From Raillietiella orientalis (taxonomy: Eukaryota): a DNA stretch of 64,000 nt. Location of the stretch: NCBI GenBank assembly GCA_036172245.1, contig JAYWIR010000086.1, positions 186,001 through 250,000 on the forward strand, in the 5' to 3' direction. A program made the position numbers and the translations under genes. The notes below the pieces were generated by a model. It had not been told where the DNA came from, did no database searches, and saw only the letters and a list, made by a program, of their open reading frames with translations. The stretch's first letter is position 1, and each line of letters opens with the position of its first letter. This document shows, one piece after another, positions 24,893-36,200 of the stretch.

Positions 24893-27800
24893 TCTGGAAT
24901 AGAGCTGTCATTAGGCTAACAAATCTGGTGCTGATATTGTGATGAATGAGATTCAAGAATCTGAGATTACATAATTAAATAACATTACATAACAAATTGT
25001 ATTGGGATATATTTCAAAATCACAAGTTAAACATTACGTGAAATGGGGAAAATCCCTATGCATCATTTACATCTGCATGTAGACTGAGAACTGTGTAAAT
25101 AAATGCATGCATTTGCATGAATCCTGCATGTACTTTTATCCTGAATACTTTCAAGTTCATGGAGCATGTTCTAGTGAAACATCCACTCTAGTGCATCATG
25201 CTTTTGAATTATGATATAACGCTAAACACAAAAGTCCTTAGCAGAACTTTCAAAATTACCATGGAAATTCCAATTTTCTTGGTGATTTGCACTGCACTAT
25301 TGCAAAGCTCAAAAGTGCTTGAAAACAATTTAACATGGCAAGGAACATGCTATTAGAACATTTTGCATTTGAATTCCATTTCTCAAAATTCGATAAAACA
25401 ACTTTTATTCGATAAAAGTAAGTTCCAAGTATCCTGAAATAATTCTCCTTATGCGCGTTTTTTCACTACTAGCAACATGGGAAACGTATACTGATGTTTC
25501 TGTATCTTTTGTTACTTGGCTATGACGCAGATGTGCTGAACGATTGCGTTTCATTTTAATATCAAGGAAAATTGCATTAAAAATTAAGGAGTTACATCTT
25601 TGAAAACTGCAACAAATCAAGCAAAGTGAAATTCCCAAGACTGGGAAAAAAAACAATAAAATGTACTCAACTAATCATACCTTTCATGAATTCGGAAAGC
25701 TGCAGCAACAAAGGTTGCAATGCAACGTACACAACAGCAGGTTGAGAAAAGAAGTGGCCTCTATTCAGAGTGGATATCGGCTGGAATAAGGTTGCCCTTC
25801 GTTGCGAGCATCACCACCCTTTCACGGCGGCTGCTAAGTGGAAGCACCACGAAACTCGGACACCATGTGCGAAGCGGAGCCGAACAGTGTTCCCAGTGTG
25901 CCGGATTTTTGTCCTCCGGTTGTGAAGGCAAAAAGATCGAAATAAGCAACCTCTTTATGAGTTCGCGTTACAAAGTCGGTGACTCAAAAGCACACTGTAA
26001 TGTGGTTACTTCTTGATTCTTCAGGTTTCCGGTTGCAACTGCCGCATTATTCCAGATGGACGCATTGCAACGTAGTTCTAAGCTTGGTAAACAGAACGAA
26101 TCGAATCCGGAGTTTCAAACCTGACTGTTTCCATCTGGATTCACCGGTAGTAATTTCAGGAGGCTAGTACGTTTTCATATCATTGGAAATATGCTCACGC
26201 TGGTCAGAGACATCCGGTTAAAAAGACATGTATTTAAATACAGTTGCTCCAGTCTATAGAGAGGATAATCCACTAAATATGCTGACTTTTTCGATGTCTA
26301 CATGCAGTTTTTTTTACCATGTATTTATACACATTCATTCATCTTCTGGAATAAGTGCCATTTCAAGAAACGTCTCTATACAGTAGCGAACAGATCCTTC
26401 GGAGTCTTATTGACTGTTCTTGCATTTGGCACTTGAGTTGGGCGCTAATCCTAATTTGGATTCATCTGTTGAGTTTCACGAACCGATTTAAGTAGGGCTC
26501 ATATTAGGAAATCATGCGGAAGCAAGAGTTTGAACTCTTATCAGAAAACCCCAAACGAGGAATACCACGACGTGGATCGTAAATCCAGGGCTTCCTGCAA
26601 CAGCAGTGCTTCAGAATGAAACCCTTCTCGTTTAATATTAATAAGATTGGTAATCCATTTCGTCAAATTAAAGTGGCAACTTATTAGACGTGTGCTTTTC
26701 ATCATGCTTTTTGTAGAGGGACGTTTATGTTTCAACTTTTCTCTGGGTCACTTTTTTCGTGAAAGAGCAATGAGTGTTCCTTCTTTTCTTAAACAGCAAA
26801 TTTTGTAATTTGAATTATTCCTGGAGGCGCACTCGCGATTTCACATAGGGATTTCGCTAAATCACATGCTGTAGCTCTGAAAATTATCAAGGAGTGGATT
26901 TCCCATTTTCTTCAAGGGATAGGGATTTTTTTAGAAAAGGATTCGGGACTGATTTTCCTAACCCAGTTTGACCAGCATCTGGATCGCAGTTAGATTGTAT
27001 TCCTGCTTCAAAAAGGATTTCAAAGGAGATCCTCCTTCTCAAGAATACGACGACGCTAGGACATTTTCCAAAATAGATAGCTTGTCTGCAAGAGTTTGTT
27101 CAGTTTGTCCTTCCAAGAATTAAATATTTCTAACGCATTTTGCAGTATCTGAGGGGTACTTGGAAAATCAGTTTTCCCGGTCAATCGGATGAACATATAG
27201 AACTTGATGAAAAAATTCCGACTTGAAGTCACTCGAGATACAGAAAATTTTCATGAATCATGAAAAGAGCTCAAGAACAAAACTAGAAATTATCCGAAAA
27301 ACAGATTCGTTCTGAACATTCAAAGACTTTTAAAGAATACAACAAAGGAAATTACAATGGATACAACAGATTCAAGAATGAATAGCAGGAACTCAAAAGG
27401 ATCATGGAAGAAAACGAATAATCTGAGACTTTTGCATTGAAAATTAGTTGAACTAGAGGGTGAGTTCCATACCCCCATAAGATCTTGAGACTGCTGAGAA
27501 GTCCAGAGGACTAGAAATAAAGTACGCTGATTGGCACGTTTATTCATGAGGTTAACTGAGCAAAGGAAAAAAGGAAGCAGGACTCCAGGAAAATGCTTGC
27601 ATTTTTGTATTTCTGCCACCCGGCAATGCTTGTGGGAAACATCGAGAGACAAGATCATAATCAGATTAGATTTTTTTTTCTGGAACAGACTGTAACTTCG
27701 GCGAAATGGGAGCAAGACCCTTAACATATCAGGAAGAATTCATTAGGGATTTTCTCAGAATGCAATTCAAGATTCCCTCGTGGCGTGAAGGACTCTGAAG

Positions 27801-28689
27801 TGAAACACTGCGCAGACAATTTTCAGACTGCTTATTTAGCAAATGATTATTCCTGCACCAAAGTGGCGCAATGCATTTCACATTAATGCTGCTCACTTTA
27901 ACGACGTCAGATCATTATTTGCTTATTCATTTATTCTGTACTATCGCTTCCTGTGAGTCAAGTAAGAATTACACAGCAGAAAGACAGGCGCGTACCTACT
28001 GTTGGACAGGTCATGGATTTGACATTTTCGAGCATGTCTTTGAAATGCTGACTGGTGGCTTGTGGAGCAGCTGGTCACTTCGAGTTCCGAAAAGGTCGTT
28101 GCCAGACTATGTCGGCGGACTACTACTAATCTGGAGAAAGTGATGCCTGTCGGCTGCTTCACAATTTGGTGAAACTGTCAACGAGCGAATTATATGTATA
28201 TAATTCAATGGATAGATATGTACGTTTACCTTTTTTCTTTTGCTTCATATATATATGTGTATAAAGCAAAAGGAAAAAAAAGTAAACAGAAAATCAAGAG
28301 GAAAATAAGCCAAAGTGAAGGACATTGAGAAAAAAAGTGTGAAAGTGAAGAAGGGAGACAAATCACTTTTTAAAGGCTGCAGCTGAGGAAAGCAAGGAGT
28401 TAAACCTCTAAAGAACTAGAGAACGGCAAAGAAAGGCCCCCTGCACTTTTAGCAACATTCCTATCTTGATAATTGATGAATGAGAGAGAAAAACGACGAC
28501 TTTGAATTATGTCACTGATTAATGCGCACTTGAATAAAACTGGTCTCTTGAAACCTTGGAAAATGAAATCCGGAGGCTATCCTCAGAAGTTTCCGATGGA
28601 CCATACCACAGTATGCATGTGGAGTGGTGCTGGATGATAGAAAGTTGAGCACTTGACCTTCGACACTGAGAGCAGCTTCAGGAGATTTC

Positions 28690-28992
28690 CAAACGGCTTC
28701 ATTTTCCCAAACAAGGGGGCAGCCCAAAGAGCTCCTGGATTCCTGGAGGGACCCCGGGGGATCAACTTCCAATCCCGGAGGCCAGTCCACGGGACCATCC
28801 GGCTTCCACCACTACCGCCGCACCCGAAGCCTTATAAGGCCGACACCAGAGTCATCCTGCGGGGGAGGGAAGAGGGACTTGGAACCCACGATGCATCCTC
28901 TCCTTTCTCTGGAGTCTATCCTCGATGTGGAAATTCGAACTCACGACTTCTTGGTGCCACGCGCGGAGCTACCGCAGCCACACGGCCTCCAA
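28690..28992 (-). mobile_element. tRNA-derived SINE-like element, copy B (partial)
   Basis: B-box-like GAGTTCGAAT (rc of 28933-28942). + strand ACGGCTTCATTTTC (28693), GATTCCTGGAGGGA, CTTCCACCA..CCGCACCCGAAGCC and TTCTCTGGAGTCTATCCT align colinearly with the rc of 17760-17990. Confidence 0.72.
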
Positions 28993-30559
28993 CAGCAATC
29001 TCGGGAGAGTTTCGCGCAGATACATTATCCGGAGATGTCATCGTCGGGAGGCGGTTATCTGCGGCAAATTTTCCGGAAATGTCTTCTGTAGCATACACTA
29101 GACCAAGGCATTTCTTCGGGTGGGTTGCGTGTGCATACGCACTCCATAGCTTGCTGGGGCAGCGTGTATATGACGATCCAGTCTGCCTTGCGATGCCTTC
29201 CGAACCTCTGGCGGTGGCTACGGTTGGGGGCTACGATTCTCCCCTCGCATGCTCTGTTCGGAGACCTTTTATAGCGACTAGCTTTCCTCCCTCCCCTCCC
29301 AAATAGGAAGATCACTCCAGTATGCTGGATGCTTGGGCAACCACTAGGTCTCTTGGGGGCTCCGACTGGAGCTGGCAGAGTCTCTTGGGGGCGACTGGAG
29401 CAGGTTTCTTGAGTCCCTAGAACCACTGAGCCCTGGAGTTTCGCGGCGACTCTGTCCGGAGATGCCAGAGCTCCAGGCAACTATCCGTAATTTGGAATGA
29501 TTGTCGGCCTCGTCTGGTAAACTGACGAGACCAAGGCGTGTCCCCTGGATCAGTCGGTATGCAAACACCCACCCACCTCTCTTCTTGAGTGAATAATTTT
29601 TATTTATTAAGAAGTAGTTCAGGCTAAACATATTTTCGGCAACGTATTCTCTCTGTTAAGTACCATACATATCTCCTTCATGTAAGTGCATGAAAAGTTA
29701 TTTGATGGGCAAGGATTCCAAGGATCTCTGGAGACGTTGTGGTTGGAGCAAGATGAGGCTTTTCTTTCCAGCAGCTGCCTCCTACACGATGAGTTTCGCG
29801 CTCCGTTTACGAGAGCATCTTTATCTGGATAGTTATTGAGCTCGAGGTTTCAAATAGGGCCAACGTGGACCGCAACAGCGGAATCACCAACGTCTTCTTC
29901 GGAACAGGTGCTACAGAAAGCACACCGGAAACGGCGGCGTCCTGTTTGTTCGACCACGGCTAAGCGCGCCGAGAGGGTTTAGAAAACAAGGAGGCAAGCG
30001 GAAGAAAGATGACTTTGTCGGTCAACCACTCTCTGTCCCATGATGCGGACTCTTCGAGACGCCAACCAAACAGGTGTGATGCGAACTGATGCTGACTCCA
30101 AAGCTGAAAATCACGAGGGCGCAGACTGGCTCCATGATGCCTTGCCCGTATATCCCGGAGGAGGCATTTCGTTTGTCGTCTTCCGTGTGGACGAGTTGGA
30201 CTGGTCGCCCATCGCGAGAATTCCCACGAGACTGTAGAGCGCCTAGGAGAACTAAGGAATGAATCGCCAACCCTCTGGCTTGGGTAACAGCTGGCAAACT
30301 CACGTTCCTGAATGGTAACCGGGAAACCAATGGAAGACACGGCCGATATTCTCGCCGGGCACTAGGGATCATCTAATGATCTTCCACACGTCAAGGTCTT
30401 TGAAACCGAATCATTACCACGCTGAGTTGCAGTGTGGTAAGAAGGCAAGAAGAGGGAATGAGAAGCACCCCAACCTCGAATTCTTCTCGCCAAGAGTGTA
30501 AGGACCAGGAGGGGTTCTCTATTCGCTGAAGGCGCTCATCATGTACCACCCATGCGATT

Positions 30560-31203
30560 GAAGCTACTCCGGAATCCGTGGCGCCGTGAGAGCTGACAAG
30601 CGACAAAATTGTCTAGTCCAACTAGAGGAATGGAAGGCTCTTCTACACCAGAGAGCTTTTCTTGAAGCTTCCGAGAAATAAACACCATTTAGCACAAAGT
30701 CGAAAATAACCGTCCGAGAAGAGCACAGAGCTGGAGAGAATTTTCTGCAATACTGTACAGCTCTCCAACTAATCACACATCGTGTTACACTTTTTCTTTT
30801 GGATGCCCCTTCGGTCCCCATTGACCAACGAGAACGCAAAATCATGCGTACGTGAAGTTGACTCCCCTGACTGTCCGACCAGCATATCTACATGTATCGG
30901 AAGAAGGGATGCTATTGGGACTGACGAGGCAGAGAGATAAGCAAACACCTTCATTATAGATGGCTGCTTTAAATTCCTGACACTTCCCGATGTCACAGTC
31001 GAGGAACTTGCTGAGCAGTCACTCCGAGAGGTGGTGGTACCTGAGAAGATACTGCGATCACCTCCGGATGACGACCTGGGAACATTCCTCTTTGGAGAAC
31101 GCTGCAGGAAAATTCTACCGGGTTCGTCCCGCGACATAAAGAACATATGGACCACGAAGGAAGGCGAGCCTACCATCGCATGTCATCGACTTGAAGCTTT
31201 GTA
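30560..31203 (+). mobile_element. Degenerate LTR-retrotransposon (Ty3/gypsy-type) gag-like relic
   Basis: Stop-interrupted + frames: LEEWKALLHQRAFLEASEK*...KITVREEHRAGENFLQYCTALQLI (resembles the gag capsid W-x-E-F...Q-x-x-G-E-S-x-x-x-Y motif) and DVTVEELAEQ...RSPPDDDLG. No LTRs or pol recognised. Confidence 0.3.
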
Positions 31204-33292
31204 GATGGAGAACCCGGGATTCAAGCTGGAGACCTGACTTTCGCTGCATCTGTGAGGAGGAGGAAGTTCGCCGCGGCGTCGCGTAACGCACGAAGGGAAC
31301 GCACACGGCTCCGGAGCTGACCAACGAATATCCAGACCAAGGAAAGGCCATGCGATGCACTGGACCTCGCAGTTTATCCAGCTTTTTCCTAGCAACTGGG
31401 GATCATCTTCGCTCCGCCGACTTCCGGTCTGTCCACGCTGCAAGACTGAACCTGCTTCCAGCTCGGAGGCATGTCAAGAATGCCCCGAGGAGAAAGACCA
31501 TGGCGACGCTGTGCAGCTTGGGACGAGACCCTAGACACATCACATCTGAACGAGGCATCCTCTCGTGAACACAACTAGGCAGGATGCCACCTCCGAAAGG
31601 TTGCCAGGCAGGGGCATAGGATGCCAAAAGGTGGAAGTTGATGAACAAGACTGCGCCTGGGTGCGACTCCAGACCAAGACCTGATCTGGTGCCGCGAAAG
31701 GCCGAATAGGATGGTTTTCCTCAAAGTCTTCTCTCCCTTCGAGAACAATAATAAACAGTTCATAAATAGATAAGTAGTTTTAAATTGATAATCGGGCGCA
31801 ACTCAGCAATCTCTACGATGGTCATGGATGTAGTCATCAATTGTTATTATAATTATAACAATCAAATATACAAACACGAGGATTACGTGCTGAGGACGGT
31901 ATCTGAATATTCTTTATGGGTTTCACTTGCTGCTGCCATTGATTTTCGAAACGAAAAGCAGTGTCTTGATGATCTGTCACCAGCATAAAGACTAAGTGTT
32001 GGACGTTCTTCGGTGGTTCAGTGTCTTTCGAGTCGGTTAGCTTCACAGAGCCACTCCACAGAGCTGGTGCGTGGGAAAAGAAGGACCGGTTCCAATTCTC
32101 GCTCACCGTACGGCAAACTTCACCGACCTGTTCATCACCGCAATGATGATATTCCGGCTACATGAGGTAGCTGCAGTGTTTTGGGTTGCTTGGGATTTGC
32201 GCGTGTACCTCATGTGTGTGCGAGTGAGAAAAAAAAAAAAAAACGCAGGAGCGGGCTAACGCCATACCTCATGCCATGCTCTCTTCAGAAAGCCACGAAA
32301 TTTTCAACTGGTTTCTTTTTCCGAGAGCGCACAATCACACCTTTCGCGCGTGTGGTTTTGATGGCCTCCTCCGTGCTCCGAGAGTGCTGGGGAATCGAGA
32401 TGGGCTGGCAGAGCGCCGCTTTCATTGGTCGTGGAGAAATAAGTTCCCTCGGGAAGTAACTTTTCCAGTTCTGTGAAAGAGGCAGTAACTTCCGCAGAAG
32501 TGGGGAAAATGGGGGGGGAGGGGAGGAAAGTGACACGAGACCTTGAAGAAAAAAAAAAAGAAGCGAAAATTCCGCCTCATCCTCTGGTCACAGGAGAACC
32601 AAAGTAGGGAGTCCCTGCTTTCCGTCTCGTCGAAGAAGCAAACCGTTTAGCAGTGTCCAATTGTTTGCCGAGTTTCGGAAACGGGGTCACCCTTCCCGTG
32701 TCTTCGCCGGACTTTTGCTCGAAGCCGAACCTGCGTCTGAAAGGTCTCTCGTGTTACGCGGGCCGCCGCCGAGTGGCGTCCATGCCAAGGCTAGTCGAAT
32801 TTGCAAGGCTCGCAGAAGAGTTCTTTGGATGAAGAAATCGAACTTTCCTCGTCGCCGCAAGGGAACCCTTCCCGTCGCGCGAAGGCTTCCGAGAGCTGCC
32901 GATTAGCTGCTTGCGGCTTCCTTGGCTTCCCGATGCTCTCACCCTGGAACACCTTTCGCGCTCTGGTCGCGTGAAATTCAGGGTCACGACAGAGGACAGA
33001 GGCGCTCTCTGGCTCCAAACCGTTCCCGAGAATTTATTTGAAGTGAAACCGACGCTCAGTATTAGACCGGGAGCAGCTCTTGAGCTACATCGGTTTCACA
33101 AACACAGCCGCAATCAGCATCTCTCGAATGATACCTTCGGGTGAAATCTGGTACGGATGCGAGGAGCTGGGGTTCCCACACGTGGAGCCGGAGCGAAACG
33201 TTGCCATGCTTTGCTGAGGACGGGTTTTCGTTGGTTTCGGGAGGGAGGGAGGAAAGGGGGAGGAGGGAAGGGTCCCTGCCGTTCGGTTCTCG

Positions 33293-36200
33293 TCAGTTAG
33301 CGACTGCCAGGCTGTGTAGATCTCCTTCCTGGGTTGCTTCCCCCGTGCCGTCTTTCTCCAGGTTCTTCTTCGTTCCCGTTTCGTCAGGGTACTTCCTCTT
33401 AATGAAGAGGTGATGGTACGCGGCGTAGAGCACGGCTGTGCAGAAGGCGAGGATCGACAGCACTTGGAAAGTCTTCCTCACCCCGATGCTTTTCATAAGC
33501 ATCCCGCCGATCAAACTGCCGACACTCCTTCCTGCGTGAGAAAAGCGCAGGTTTCCCTCCTGCGCTTGCTCCCGGGAGGCAGCGGTAGCCAGATAAACAA
33601 ATCACCTAATCCGTAATGGACTCCTGCAGACATTCCTTGCATCGTTGTGATCGTGGAAGGTGTGGCGAGCTCCGAGGCGTAGGTGACCGCCACCGTGAGC
33701 ATCAGGCTGCTCGTGATGCTTTCCAGAGCTTCGAAATACAAAGCGTGCCATGGATTCACGATGAGAGAGTACCCTGCAATTACACAACCGCGCCTGAGGC
33801 CCGTTTCGTTTCATTGTTGACTCCTCCCCGCCGCAGGGAACGGCGCCGACACTTCCTTCCTTCCCCCCTCCCCCTCGTTTCGTTTCATTGTTGACTCCTC
33901 CCCGCCGCAGGGAACGGCGCCGACACTTCCTTCCTTCCCCCCTCCCCCTCGTTTCGTTTCATTGTTGACTCCTCCCCGCCGCAGGGAACGGCGCCGACAC
34001 TTCCTTCCTTCCCCCCTCCCCCTCGTTTCGTTTCATTGTTGACTCCTCCCCGCCGCAGGAAACGGCGCCGACACTTCCTTCCTTCCCCCCACCTCCTTCG
34101 TTTCGTTTCATTGTTGACTTCTCCCGCCGCTGGAAACGGCGCCGACACCTTCCTTCCTTTCTATTCGCGGCCATATCCCCTTCCGCAAGACAACCTGAGG
34201 AAGCACGTGATCCGTCGTTTCCTTTGGCGGGGACGAACGAGAGGGGGGACCGCAAAGCACGGGTGCTTTCGACGCTGTTGCGGGCCGTTCGAACGACTCT
34301 CTGGTTGAGTGACGGATGCTCCGAAGAAAGATGATATCCGGCTGCTGCGTTATCTTGGTGCTCGTTAGCACGCTGCGCTTCGGTCCGGAGTACTGCCGCT
34401 CGCTTCGCTGGCGGCGGGTGGCGGCGGCGTAGGGGAGGTTGGCGCGCTGGGGGCCGTGATCTTTTTGTTTCCGCATGCGTCCGAGCTGAGAGCGAACGGG
34501 AGAACGGCAAGGAGCAGGGGTGAGCTCCCGCTTCCGGGAAGAGGGCACTCGGTTGGGAGGGTGGCCCTCTCGTTGTGTACCCGTCGCCTCTCTCTTCTGC
34601 CCGCTGCGCCCTCCTCTGGCGATAGAGGAGAGGCTCGCGTCCCCCGACGACCAATTGAATGCGTGGCGCCACCATCCTTGAAAAACCCGTTCGAGGCGAC
34701 AGATCAGACGTTCGACGGACTCTTGGACTTGTTCGTTGTCCGGAGCAACTCAACCGGCGAGCGCAGAAGCGAGCAGGGAAACTGGACCCTGAGAAAGGGG
34801 GGAAGGGGGAACTGGCGGGGAAGATGGATTGCGAAGACCGACTCGGCTGGCCCTCTTCCCTCCGCTCAAGCGCGCGACGGACTGGTTGCAGCGACAGCCG
34901 TGCGCTGTTTCGAAGTGGCGATCGCTGAAGTTCTATCAGTGGTTGATCCTCCGTCGTCGCTGTGGACAGCGAAAGGTCACGGAGTGCCTGCAGTGGTCGC
35001 TTCTTCCGGGCACTGCCCCCTCGTTCCGAGGACATGGAGCTTCTAGAGCCACGGCTGCGTATAGCCTCTCCCCTTTCCAAGGCCTCGCTTCTCGTCTCTC
35101 CAGCTTCGTGCAAGAACACGCGGGAAGACGTGCCCTGAGACTCCCAGATGCGTGCAACCGGGCTACCTCGCCAACGGACCGCGGAAAGGGCGACTTGGTC
35201 CCTGCAGTCGGTCGGCGCGTTCAAACATCCGAGCGAGGAAGTGGACGATCGCCGGTCAGCACCCGACGAGCCACTGCTGGGGATACTTCGACCTTCACGC
35301 GGCGCTTCCGGGCAGCTTAGCAGCGCCCCCTGCGTTGCGAAGCGCAGCGTACGATACGTCCGATGGCGTCATCGCCGCCTCCACGCAGGAGTCTCTCCCT
35401 CGCAACCGGCTCCTGCTGCTGCACCTAGTTTCCTCTCTGCAGACGAGCGTCGCTTCGCAGCGGCTGCAGCAGCGGTGGTGGATGGATCTGCGCGTGCGAT
35501 GGCCCGCTTGTGGGCGGCTTGCCCCCGCGCTTTAAGGCCGGAGGGGTGGAGGCGTCTGGACCGAAGATGAGTTTTGTTGGCGCGGGCTTCCTGCAGAACG
35601 CGACGACCCCGGCAGGCGGATGGTCCGAATGCAGGGAGGAACGCAGCGCTCCCGCCTCCCAGACCGCGTGGACGGCGGGCGATTGCCGGGGCGGAGGGAT
35701 CCGGCGTTCGTACCGGTTCAATGAGCCACCTCCGGCCGTAGGGTGCCCTCTGGGAGGATGGGCGAGGCATTCCCAGTCCGTCCGTCTTGACTGACCGGAC
35801 GTGACTGCCCGGCGACCGGATGCTCTGTCCTCGCCATCCTCCCCGGCGTCGGTGAACGAGCTGCTAAGACAATCGGATGCTGCGGGTGCGAGGTGGACTC
35901 TGCCGCTCTCAATGAGCGCCTTCCGCGGAGCTCCGGAGGGAGCCTGGAAAGAGGGGAAGGGGGGAAAGGGGGTAGCGAAACGATCCTCCTGGTCGCAGTT
36001 CCGTCTCCCGCTGAGGTAACGACGTCGGGGATGGGAGGAGGGGGGGGAGGAAAACAGAGGAAGAAAACGCATTGATCCCTTCCCGCTGGGCTGTGCTACT
36101 GTCGCTAGCCACGCATGCCGCCGCAGCCGTCGTGGGCGTACGGGAAGCCGAGCAGGGAAGAAGGGGGAAAAAAGGAGGCCTCTGAGGGAAAGCAGGAAAG

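Noticed and set aside
33802..34160. CRISPR-like regular repeats
   Set aside because: Units are head-to-tail with no unique spacers, lie in a eukaryotic intron, and no cas genes are present; it is a minisatellite.
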